The notes under the pieces: generated by a model
Database searches by the model: none
The model's input: only the letters and a program-made list of their open reading frames with translations
Told to the model about the DNA's origin: nothing
Shown here: piece after piece, positions 32,266 through 40,942 of the stretch
Layout of the letters: each line of letters begins with the position of its first letter
How positions within the stretch are numbered: position 1 is the stretch's first letter
Source of the DNA: Rhizobiaceae bacterium
GTDB taxonomy: Bacteria > Pseudomonadota > Alphaproteobacteria > Rhizobiales > Rhizobiaceae
Direction: 5' to 3'
Assembly: GCA_965140455.1 (NCBI GenBank)
Contig: OZ223237.1
Coordinates: forward strand, 1,255,646 to 1,319,645
DNA: 64,000 bases
Position numbers and translations under genes: made by a program

Positions 32266-34926
32266 ATGGAATTGCTGTTTCTCCTCATCCTTGTGCTCCT
32301 GATGGCATTTGCACTTGGTTCCGGCTACCCGGTTGCGTTCGCTCTGCCCGGTTCGGCGATTATTTCAATCATCCTTGCTGCTCTTTGCGGATATCTGTTC
32401 GCAGGAGATATGGATGCTTACTTTGCCCAAGGCGGTCCAGGCCAGTGGCTCAGTGCGGGGGTTACAAACCTTCGAGGGGTCTATTGGGAACCCGAACGAG
32501 ATACGCTCATAGCGATTCCTCTGTTTATTTTCATGGGTATTATGCTTCAGCGCTCAAAGATTGCTGAAGACTTGCTCATCACCATGGCTCAGCTTTTTGG
32601 ACCTGTTCCAGGCGGTCTTGGTATTTCCGTTGTGTTTGTGGGTGCCTTGTTGGCGGCTACCACAGGTATCGTGGGCGCCACAGTGGTCGCGATGGGACTG
32701 ATCTCATTGCCTGCCATGCTGAGAAACAACTACTCTCCTTCACTGGCAACCGGCACAATTGCTGCTTCAGGTACTCTGGGTCAGATCATCCCGCCATCGA
32801 TCGTTTTGATCATTCTGGCTGATCAGTTGGCAAGTGCCGCAGATCAGGCCGGAACAGCACGTAAGGCACTGTTTAAGGAAAATACCGGCGAAATCTCCAT
32901 GCCATCCATGTTTGAAGTGGGCTCTACCAGCGCCGGCGAGATGTTCCTTGGTGCCTTCGTGCCGGGTATCGTACTCGTTATACTCTACATGATCTATATC
33001 CTCTGTTTTGCTGTCCTGAAACCATCTGCAGCGCCAGCTGTTTCTTATGACGGTAAGTTTGATGCGGCATTCTGGAGAAAAGTATTCCTCATTCTGGTAC
33101 CACCACTTGCATTGATCTTCCTCGTGTTGGGATCAATCATTTCAGGTGTTGCTACCGTTAACCAGGCAGGTGCCATTGGCGCAGCTGGTGCACTTGTAAT
33201 GGGTGGTTATCGCCTCACGGAAGGGCGTAAGTCAGCTTATTGGCCTGCAATACTCGCCATCGTTGCCCTTGTTTTTATCAGTTTTGTTGTCTCCAACTTC
33301 GATACTAACATCAAGAGTGTAGACAGTGCGGAAGATCAGCTCGGAATTGCGCTTGCTTCCATCGGTGTATTTGCATTGCTTGTTGCTCTTGGTTGGAGCG
33401 CTTGGCGTGTTCTGACAATTGAAGACACACTGCGCGGCGTGATGGTGGAAACAGCTAAGACAACTTCACTTGTGTTTATCATTCTTCTGGGTGCAGCGAT
33501 GCTGACTGCCGCGTTCCGCGCTTTCGGTGGTGAAGAGCTCGTGAAAGAATTCCTGAACGGACTTCCAGGTGGCTTCTGGACCAAATTTGTCATCGTGATG
33601 GCTGTGATCTTTATTCTCGGTTTCTTCCTGGACTTCATCGAGATCGCAGTGGTCGTGGTGCCTATTGTTGCTCCAATCCTGTTGTCTGATCCATCAGCAA
33701 ACGTTACTGCAGTTTGGCTTGGTGTGATGATCGGATTGAACATTCAGACATCGTTCTTAACGCCGCCATTCGGGTTTGCGCTGTTCTATCTTCGAGGGGT
33801 TGCCCCGGCAGCAGTTAAAACACTTGCCATGTACAAAGGCGTTGTTCCGTTCATCGCGTTGCAGCTGCTGGCACTGGCTATTGTTGGTGTGTATCCGTCA
33901 CTGGTGAACTACCTGCCAAACCGCTCGCTGTTGTTGTCAGAGACTGCGCCGCCTCCACGAAATCCGAAACTGCAATATTGTGTGGAACAATATGTGGGTA
34001 ATCAGTTCAATGAGAATGGTACGACTATTACCAATGCCATTGATTTGGCAGGAACATTGGATATCGGTGCACTGCCTAAATCACTGATCAAGGACTTCGA
34101 CGACGGCCTGAAGAACGCCAAGGAATCCATGAATTTCCTTGCTGATGCATTTGCAGCCGAAGACAAGGCAAACGCAGCAGCTGTAGGTTATCGCCCACTC
34201 CATGTGCAGGTTCGCGACCTGCAACGCGACATGCGCCGTCACGATGCCCATATCAAGGAATTGGAGGATGAAGCGGACCTTCTTCGCGGCGACGAAAATG
34301 CGCCGAAACGGGATCGGATCGCTGAAGAGATCAAAGAGATCGAAGCAGAAAAAGAAGCGTTAGCTGCGCAAATCCCTGCTAATTGGGAAGAAGAGCACGA
34401 CAAGTTCAAAGCGCTTCTCAAAGAAGAAAGCAAGCTGCGCAGTCAATTCCGCAGAGCTGCTGATGGAGCCTATGAACCGGTTGTGGAACTGGTGGCCACA
34501 CTCCAGGACACCGGCAAATTTGTGGAACTAGGGCCAAACCTTGAAGGACTGGTAGAAGAAATCCAAGCTACCGAGCCTAAAGATATGGTAGAGAAGCTGA
34601 AAGCGCTGGAAAGCCAGTTTGGTGATATCAATGGTCCAGGCGATGTGAAAAAGGCGCTCTCCAAGGTGCGTAGAGCTTTAAGAGGCAAGTCACCGGATAA
34701 GGAAAAGGCAATCGAAGAGTTTGCCGGAGTTCGTGAAGCCTTCGACGAAGAGGTAAAATGGCGCTCTGAAGTTGCGGGTCAGGACATTCTGCCGAAAATT
34801 CAGCAGTACGAAGAAGCCATCAGCGAATCTATCGGTATACGGCTTCAGCCGAATATGTCCCGCGAATTGGGACTGTTCCTGGCTAGCTGTAATTCAGGAC
34901 ACCGCGATATCTCGCTGAATTTCTAA
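32266..34926 (+). CDS. TRAP transporter large permease (DctM-like) with a soluble C-terminal extension of about 335 aa
   Basis: 886 aa. Residues 1 to about 550 are polytopic (LIAIPLFIFMGIML, GTLGQIIPPSI, TPPFGFALFYLRG, typical of DctM). Residues from about 552 to 886 are hydrophilic, charged and coiled-coil-like (EEIKEIEAEKEALAAQI etc.). Confidence 0.8.
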   Translation: MELLFLLILVLLMAFALGSGYPVAFALPGSAIISIILAALCGYLFAGDMDAYFAQGGPGQWLSAGVTNLRGVYWEPERDTLIAIPLFIFMGIMLQRSKIAEDLLITMAQLFGPVPGGLGISVVFVGALLAATTGIVGATVVAMGLISLPAMLRNNYSPSLATGTIAASGTLGQIIPPSIVLIILADQLASAADQAGTARKALFKENTGEISMPSMFEVGSTSAGEMFLGAFVPGIVLVILYMIYILCFAVLKPSAAPAVSYDGKFDAAFWRKVFLILVPPLALIFLVLGSIISGVATVNQAGAIGAAGALVMGGYRLTEGRKSAYWPAILAIVALVFISFVVSNFDTNIKSVDSAEDQLGIALASIGVFALLVALGWSAWRVLTIEDTLRGVMVETAKTTSLVFIILLGAAMLTAAFRAFGGEELVKEFLNGLPGGFWTKFVIVMAVIFILGFFLDFIEIAVVVVPIVAPILLSDPSANVTAVWLGVMIGLNIQTSFLTPPFGFALFYLRGVAPAAVKTLAMYKGVVPFIALQLLALAIVGVYPSLVNYLPNRSLLLSETAPPPRNPKLQYCVEQYVGNQFNENGTTITNAIDLAGTLDIGALPKSLIKDFDDGLKNAKESMNFLADAFAAEDKANAAAVGYRPLHVQVRDLQRDMRRHDAHIKELEDEADLLRGDENAPKRDRIAEEIKEIEAEKEALAAQIPANWEEEHDKFKALLKEESKLRSQFRRAADGAYEPVVELVATLQDTGKFVELGPNLEGLVEEIQATEPKDMVEKLKALESQFGDINGPGDVKKALSKVRRALRGKSPDKEKAIEEFAGVREAFDEEVKWRSEVAGQDILPKIQQYEEAISESIGIRLQPNMSRELGLFLASCNSGHRDISLNF

Positions 34927-34940
34927 TATCGTATAAAGAT

Positions 34941-34979
34941 CCCAGGAAACTGCTTATGGGCTTCCTGGGGTCATTTTTT
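34941..34979 (+). terminator. Rho-independent terminator after the TRAP operon
   Basis: CCCAGGAA ... TTCCTGGG 8-bp stem followed by GTCATTTTTT. Confidence 0.65.
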
Positions 34980-35425
34980 CCATCGTGTAAATCCGCAAAC
35001 CAGTATGGCGCAGCACTAGGATCGCCACTTACTGAACCTATCTATCTATAAACGTCGCAGCTCTCATGAAACCTGCTTTAATGCTGCAGCGTTTCAAATC
35101 TCTCAAAAATTTAGAAAAAAGTGCCCCAAAAAACACTAAGTTTGCTACCGGCAGGGTGCCAATCACTGCGGGTAAGACCCCACCCCGAAACCTCAGTTCT
35201 TTTCAATTTTTTAAATGCATCCGGTGTTGGTTACGAACGGCAGGTATGTGGACTAACCGCCACCAACAAAATAATAAATTAGCCAGCAAGCGAAGTAATA
35301 ACGATCACCATAAAGTGCCAAAAGTGACCAAGTTTCAAAATGGCACCAATGACTTAGAGCCTAAGTTGACAATCACGGTCCATATGGCCAAGTTGTAAAC
35401 TTTCTTCTCTTTGGATATAGCAAAT

Positions 35426-35953
35426 ATGTTGAAGCTTATTTCAAGTTGGTATCAACGAAGAAGGTATCTGCATGAGCAAAGTAAGATACAGAGTTGTGGA
35501 CTTTACATTGTAGGCAACTTCGGGCTTGCGCTTCCATATATTGGTGGGTCTTCTACTTTTCCTAATGACCGAATACTTAATAACCTGTCCGCTAGTATGC
35601 TTGATAAGGAAGCTGTTGGAGCCAGTGTTATTGCTGCACTCGATTATGCAGCTACTGTAAAAAAGCCTTCGATAATAGAAGATTACACACTTGCTAATTC
35701 CGAATTTTTGGATGGTATGGAGCGTCATAGAAAAAAGATTGGTATTGGAAAACGCAAGTTTGAAAGTCAGATGAACCTGATAACTATTAGCCGAATGCCA
35801 GGAGAGATTACCATTAGCAAGTGGAACCGTAGATATGGCAAATTTGCTTTCGAAGGATTAAGTTTGGCGAAGAATAATTCCGCACTTCCAATCGAAGCAT
35901 CCAACCAAGAAATAGGCGAAGCGATTCTAGTATTGCGTGGGTATGTGGCGTAG
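35426..35953 (+). CDS. Hypothetical protein (orphan, AT-rich islet)
   Basis: ORF of 175-180 aa (TTG 35411 or ATG 35426). No motif I recognise and a weak RBS. Coding status rests on ORF length in an AT-rich, stop-rich context. Confidence 0.4.
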   Translation: MLKLISSWYQRRRYLHEQSKIQSCGLYIVGNFGLALPYIGGSSTFPNDRILNNLSASMLDKEAVGASVIAALDYAATVKKPSIIEDYTLANSEFLDGMERHRKKIGIGKRKFESQMNLITISRMPGEITISKWNRRYGKFAFEGLSLAKNNSALPIEASNQEIGEAILVLRGYVA

Positions 35954-36263
35954 TGGATTTGCAGAGGTGAATTTGAAAGTACATAGATTGTTAGTGGAAA
36001 TTTAACCGTAAAGCTGCCGTTCATGATGATATGTCAGTGAACAAATTGAGTCAGAAACGGTACTTGCAGCAGCCACATGTTACTTGCTCAGCGAGGCAAG
36101 ACAATTGTCCAACTAGGGCTCACAGCTGCTGCTCTACGCATTCTTAGTTTAACATTTCTTGTTCCTACTTATTCAACAATGCCGGCTTTTGCTTCCAATT
36201 CGACAATAAGAGAGGCAGGAATGGCATCCAATACTTCAATTGGGGAGGCACCTTGCGTATTTT

Positions 36264-36596
36264 CTAATTTGTAACGCAACTTGTTAGTGGGCCACGCTGG
36301 ATTACTGCACAGTCAATCACGTGATCGGGTTTACTGAATATCATCCAGCACACTGAACCATCCTCACGCAATTTCCATTTCCGCACTGTGTACGATTGAT
36401 TGCCTGTATAGTACTCAACCATATTCCCATCCCGCCAGTAATACTGCTGGGTTGACTTGTACACGAGCAGGGTTTTCTCAGTTACAATTGACCTAACTTC
36501 CTCGGTATTCCTGATTGATGTCCAATCTTGCGCGAAAACAATCCAACTTGATCCGATAATCATCAACGCTCCCAAAACGAGAATTCTCAAATGCAT
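36264..36596 (-). CDS. Small secreted protein, unknown function
   Basis: The internal ATG 36596 gives the signal peptide MHLRILVLGALMIIGSSWIVFAQ. The mature part is about 88 aa, rich in aromatic residues (YYWRDG, WKLREDGSVCW). Confidence 0.5.
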   Translation of the reverse strand: MHLRILVLGALMIIGSSWIVFAQDWTSIRNTEEVRSIVTEKTLLVYKSTQQYYWRDGNMVEYYTGNQSYTVRKWKLREDGSVCWMIFSKPDHVIDCAVIQRGPLTSCVTN

Positions 36597-36808
36597 GTTT
36601 ATTACCTCGAGTGGATCAATCAGCGTCCAAAATAATACCACACAACAATTTCTTTCGACACAAAATTGAAGGTGGATAGTTCAGTCAAAGACATCGGATC
36701 AATATCGTGAAAGGGCTCCAGCCGCCATTAGTCAATTCATCAATTCGATAAATGATTTTGTCGCTTCAGGCCCATACCTGTCGTTCGGTAGAATTTCGGA
36801 GTGTACCT

Positions 36809-37651
36809 TTAATCCAGGCAGAAGCCTTGTTCGCGGATATAACTGCCAAAGTCAGCCCTTTCAGGTCGGCTGTATTGCCGGACTTTATCATCTGACCATC
36901 CATAGTTAACTTTTTTACCAAATTCGTCCGAAAAACGTTGTTCCGAGTAAGGCTGATATTTGGATCGGCTTTCGTCATATGCATTGATCTTTTCTCGCAG
37001 GTTATCCTCGTTGTATTGATCAACGTGACATGTCACTTTCAATGGTAGACGTTTTGACATTGTGCGGTTCTGACTAGGATAGCCAAACGCCAATCCTGCA
37101 AACGGAAAGACATGTTGAGGTAGATTGAGCATTCTTGAAACTTCACGCGATTTGTTTCTAACCGCACTTATCGGACAGCAGCCCAATCCCATTGCTTCTG
37201 CAGCAGAAACGAATGCACCAAGCGCTATTGCAGCATCAGCAGCTGCATTCAAAAATGCATCAAGATGGTCATTTGCAAAGGTTACATTGTGCCATTCATG
37301 AATCAATCGTTGACGGCGGTTATTGCCGCAAAAGACTGCAATCATGGGTGCTTTGGCAATCCAGGTCTGGTCGGGGATCAGTTTGGAAATATGCTCCCGC
37401 TTTCCAGCAGATTTTATCAATATGACATCCCGTTGTTGCAGGTCGCTTTTTGTTGGAGATGCAAAAGCGACTGCACAAAGGATGTCGAGAAATTCTTCAG
37501 GAATTTCCTTTTCCAAAAATGCTCTGCATGATCCACGCGACAGCATTGAGTATAAATTTGCTGTCAAATTGCAGTCGGTATCCACACACGGAGCATCATC
37601 ATATCTTGCGTTAATTAAATGTTGGAAACCTGAGGACATATCCTTGGACAT
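36809..37651 (-). CDS. NfsA/Frp-like NAD(P)H nitroreductase-family flavoprotein
   Basis: 280 aa. RGSCRAF...PTKSDLQQ...GLGCCPISAVRN and a C-terminal extension typical of the NfsA subgroup. Confidence 0.75.
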   Translation of the reverse strand: MSKDMSSGFQHLINARYDDAPCVDTDCNLTANLYSMLSRGSCRAFLEKEIPEEFLDILCAVAFASPTKSDLQQRDVILIKSAGKREHISKLIPDQTWIAKAPMIAVFCGNNRRQRLIHEWHNVTFANDHLDAFLNAAADAAIALGAFVSAAEAMGLGCCPISAVRNKSREVSRMLNLPQHVFPFAGLAFGYPSQNRTMSKRLPLKVTCHVDQYNEDNLREKINAYDESRSKYQPYSEQRFSDEFGKKVNYGWSDDKVRQYSRPERADFGSYIREQGFCLD

Positions 37652-37672
37652 CGAATACCTTCACTAATATGG

Positions 37673-37693
37673 TTTGTTAGGGTTGCTAACAAA
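37673..37693. promoter_or_regulatory. Inverted repeat TTTGTTAG-N5-CTAACAAA in the nitroreductase / sdhB-like divergent region
   Basis: Perfect 8-bp arms with a 5-nt spacer, about 90 nt upstream of the sdhB-like ATG. Candidate operator, for example for the LysR regulator at 42572-43453. Confidence 0.35.
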
Positions 37694-37781
37694 AACAGTA
37701 AGAATTTATCGCGTTTATTAAGTGCATCTATCCTTTATATTATTGCACAAGCACCACTAAGGTGAAAGGAATAGCAGATAC

Positions 37782-38501
37782 ATGCCGGGAATGCTGACCG
37801 TTACAATTGAGCGTGGATCCGTCAAAAACACATCGGAAGAAGTTTTTGACGTACCTGCACAGGAGAACCAAACTGTTTTGGATGTTGTATCCTGGATACA
37901 GCAAAACCTTGATCCGACCCTTAGCTATCGATTTGCATGCCGTGTTGGAATGTGTGGTTCCTGCGCAATGATCGTAAACGGGATTCCGCGCTGGACCTGC
38001 CGTACACATATTTCAAAAGTACTCGATAATGACCGTTTAACGATTGGTCCACTTCGAAATCTACCAGTTATAAAAGACCTGACCGTGGATATGGATCCAT
38101 TCTTTGATAAATGGGTTGATGCAGAAGGTGTACACCACGGTGAGCTGACAAGGGATGATCCGATTGCGCCGATCGACGAAACAAGTTCAGAACGCCAAGA
38201 AGCCAATTTGGGCATTGAATGTATCAATTGTTCGGTTTGCTACGCCGCATGCGATACGGTTTCTGGAAATTCAGACTATCTTGGACCCGCAGCGTTGCAA
38301 CGAGCGTGGACATTGCTGAATGATGCAAAGGATGAGGGCCGCACAAAAATTCTAGATGCAGTCTCAGGAAAAGGGGGATGCCACAATTGTCATTCCATGG
38401 GGTCATGCACCGCCTATTGCCCGAATGAATTGGATCCGATGTCTGCAATTGCTGGGCTGAAGCGGGAAACGGCAAAGTCGTTTTTCCGAAGGGGGCGCTG
38501 A
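37782..38501 (+). CDS. Succinate dehydrogenase / fumarate reductase iron-sulfur subunit-like protein
   Basis: 239 aa. 2Fe-2S CRVGMCGSCAM...C, 4Fe-4S CINCSVCYAAC, 3Fe-4S/4Fe-4S CHNCHSMGSCTAYCP. Confidence 0.88.
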   Translation: MPGMLTVTIERGSVKNTSEEVFDVPAQENQTVLDVVSWIQQNLDPTLSYRFACRVGMCGSCAMIVNGIPRWTCRTHISKVLDNDRLTIGPLRNLPVIKDLTVDMDPFFDKWVDAEGVHHGELTRDDPIAPIDETSSERQEANLGIECINCSVCYAACDTVSGNSDYLGPAALQRAWTLLNDAKDEGRTKILDAVSGKGGCHNCHSMGSCTAYCPNELDPMSAIAGLKRETAKSFFRRGR

Positions 38502-38833
38502 TGCTGAATTTGCGTCTCTACATGATGCAACGGATTACGGCCTTGCTCATGGCACCTTTGGTATTGGGCCATCTGGCAATAATGATTTATGCGATACACG
38601 ACGGCTTAAGTGCAGAAGAGATTCTGGGCCGAACACAAGGCTCAGTTTTTTGGTTTTTGTTTTATGGCGTCTTCACGGTGGCAGTGTCCATTCACGGAGC
38701 AATCGGTATTCGTACAATTGCGCATGAGTGGGTAGGTCTTAAGGGTAATCTCTTAGAAGTGTTCATGTGGGCAGTGGGCTGTGGTCTATTTTTGCTGGGA
38801 GCGCGAGCCGTTTGGGCCGTGACAATATCATGA
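38501..38833 (+). CDS. SDH/FRD membrane anchor subunit (SdhD-like)
   Basis: 110 aa, three hydrophobic helices, SIHGAIGIRTIAHEW His-containing helix. The start overlaps the upstream stop (TGATG). Confidence 0.65.
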   Translation: MLNLRLYMMQRITALLMAPLVLGHLAIMIYAIHDGLSAEEILGRTQGSVFWFLFYGVFTVAVSIHGAIGIRTIAHEWVGLKGNLLEVFMWAVGCGLFLLGARAVWAVTIS

Positions 38834-39183
38834 ACACAGCAAAAGCATACAAATCCCGTGCACATCCGCTTTGGCTTGCCTACATCTTGCATCGTGTGTC
38901 TGGCATTGGGTTGGCGCTTTTTCTTCCCTTTCATTTTTATGTATTGGCACTTGCAATGACAGACCCTGATCAACTGGATGGCTTTCTGGTGCTTACTCAA
39001 TCCGGGCTCATCAAGCTTGCAGAATTTGGTTTGGTGTTTTTACTTGCCGTACACATGTTTGGGGGACTACGTCTCATGGCAATGGAATGGCTGCCTTGGT
39101 CGCCGCCGCAAAAGACACTTGCAGCAGCAGCTGCTGCGACTTCTTTTCTGATTGCCGGGCTCTTTTTCTTGCAGGCGGTGTGA
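38830..39183 (+). CDS. SDH/FRD membrane anchor subunit (SdhC/cytochrome b-like)
   Basis: The track starts at 38767. ATG 38830 overlaps the upstream stop (ATGA). ILHRVSGIGLALFLP and HMFGGLRLMAMEW resemble SdhC signatures. Confidence 0.65.
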   Translation: MNTAKAYKSRAHPLWLAYILHRVSGIGLALFLPFHFYVLALAMTDPDQLDGFLVLTQSGLIKLAEFGLVFLLAVHMFGGLRLMAMEWLPWSPPQKTLAAAAAATSFLIAGLFFLQAV

Positions 39184-39184
39184 C

Positions 39185-40942
39185 ATGCGTATTTCGGACA
39201 TAGAACGTTATGATACAGATATTTTAATTCTTGGGACCGGAGGTGCAGGACTATTTGCAGCACTTCATGCTCAGCAAACCGCACCGGAAGGCACGAGGAT
39301 TACAATTGCGGTTAAGGGATTGATCGGAAAATGCGGGTGTACCCGTATGGTTCAAGGAGGATACAATGTCGCCCTCGGGGGTGGAGACACAGTCGAGCGT
39401 CACTTCATGGATACAATCCATGGAGGAAAATGGCTACCCAATCAGGATATGGCGTGGCGGCTGTGTGAGCAGGCTGTTGTCCGCATCCGCGAGTTGGAAA
39501 ATGAAATTGGTTGTTTCTTTGACCGAAATAGCGATGGTTCTCTGCATCAAAAAGCTTTTGCTGGCCAAACGGCTGACCGTACAGTTCATAAAGGCGATTT
39601 GACGGGCATTGAGATCATCAACCGCCTCATGGAAAAGGTGCTGGCCAGCGGTGTCGAAAAGCTGCAGGAACACCGTGCAGTAGGGCTAATTCCAACCAAA
39701 GAGGGTTCCGCATTATCTGGTGTGTTGATGATAGACATGCGTACAGGCAGGTTTCGCTTCGTGCGTGCAAAAACAGTTCTGATGGCAACCGGTGGCGGGC
39801 CTACAATGTATAAATACCATACGCCCAGTGGAGACAAAACGATGGATGGCCTTGCCATGGCCATGCGGGCAGGATTGCAATTGCGTGATATGGAGATGGT
39901 ACAATTCCACCCGACAGGTTTGCTGGCAGGCGATCACACACGTATGACCGGAACGGTTTTGGAGGAGGGATTGCGCGGCGCAGGAGGACAACTGATTAGC
40001 CATTCTGGTCAGCGTTTCATGTTTGATTACGATGAAAAAGGTGAACGCGCCACGCGTGATGTTGTTAGTCGCGGCATTTATGCTGAAATGAAAAAGAACA
40101 ATAATCCGGAGCAAGAGGGAGTGTTCATCTCAATGGCTCATCTTGGTCCGGATAACGTGCGCAAGAAATTCAAAGGCATGGTCAAACGCTGCGAAGATTG
40201 TGGATTTGATCTTGCCGCGGGCAAAGTCGAAGTTGTCCCGACAGCACATTATTTTATGGGCGGCGTAGTTGTGGATGTAGACACACGAACGGTTATGGAA
40301 GGCCTTTACGTTGCAGGTGAAGATGCTGGCGGCGCCCATGGTTCTAATCGGTTAGGCGGCAACGGGGTCGCCAACTCAACGGTTTACGGTGGTATTGCTG
40401 GAGATACGATGGGCGTAGATGTTCGCAACATGACTGTACGAGATGAAGATGAAGACGTGCTCGCGGCAGAGTTAGAACGCGCAATCTATCCCTTAAGCAA
40501 GAAGCCTGATTTTATCTTACCGCTTCGCAAACAGTTGCAGGATTTGATGTGGGATGAGGTTGGGGTTATACGAACAGAAGCAGGCATGAAACGTGGCCTT
40601 AATGGAATTGCTGAAGTTTCAGATGCACTCATGGATATCGGTGTAGCAGATGATAATCTGGCATTTAATCTGACTTGGCATGACTGGCTGAACCTGCGAT
40701 CTCTGTGCGATATATCAGAGGTAATTGCAAAAGCGGGTATTGCGCGTGAAAATTCCAGAGGCGCGCACTATCGTGAGGATTTCCCAGACGCTGGAGCAAT
40801 GGAAGACAGCGACTTTACGATAGCCCAAATGAAAGATGAAAAAGTCGAAGTCAGTCGTGCACCTGTTGAGTTTACAATTGTTCGTCCTGGCGAATCCATT
40901 TTACCTGAAGATGAACCTGAAACATTGGTAGCAGCACAATGA
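39185..40942 (+). CDS. SDH/FRD-family flavoprotein subunit (non-canonical; flavinylation His absent)
   Basis: The track starts at 39152. ATG 39185 lies 1 nt after the upstream stop. FAD dinucleotide fold ILILGTGGAGL, QFHPTG, EGLRGAGG, AHYFMGGV, AHGSNRLGGNG. The position of the canonical SHT.AAQGG motif reads GCTRMVQGG. Confidence 0.85.
   Translation: MRISDIERYDTDILILGTGGAGLFAALHAQQTAPEGTRITIAVKGLIGKCGCTRMVQGGYNVALGGGDTVERHFMDTIHGGKWLPNQDMAWRLCEQAVVRIRELENEIGCFFDRNSDGSLHQKAFAGQTADRTVHKGDLTGIEIINRLMEKVLASGVEKLQEHRAVGLIPTKEGSALSGVLMIDMRTGRFRFVRAKTVLMATGGGPTMYKYHTPSGDKTMDGLAMAMRAGLQLRDMEMVQFHPTGLLAGDHTRMTGTVLEEGLRGAGGQLISHSGQRFMFDYDEKGERATRDVVSRGIYAEMKKNNNPEQEGVFISMAHLGPDNVRKKFKGMVKRCEDCGFDLAAGKVEVVPTAHYFMGGVVVDVDTRTVMEGLYVAGEDAGGAHGSNRLGGNGVANSTVYGGIAGDTMGVDVRNMTVRDEDEDVLAAELERAIYPLSKKPDFILPLRKQLQDLMWDEVGVIRTEAGMKRGLNGIAEVSDALMDIGVADDNLAFNLTWHDWLNLRSLCDISEVIAKAGIARENSRGAHYREDFPDAGAMEDSDFTIAQMKDEKVEVSRAPVEFTIVRPGESILPEDEPETLVAAQ

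Noticed and set aside
35066-35398. 110-aa plus-strand ORF in the AT-rich islet.
   Set aside because: The product is low-complexity, lysine/asparagine-rich and looks non-protein-like. There is no RBS, and it lies in a region where AT richness makes ORF statistics unreliable. A hydrophobic minus-strand mini-ORF of about 19 codons around 35270-35330 was also seen, but it is too short to support.
36170-36312. Short minus-strand frame ending ...GASPIEVLDAIPASLIVELEAKAGIVE*, which looks protein-like and might be a gene remnant or a frameshifted continuation of the 36264-36596 ORF.
   Set aside because: It is bounded by an in-frame stop about 45 codons upstream, has no ATG, and matches no family I recognise. 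It is not enough evidence for a pseudogene call.
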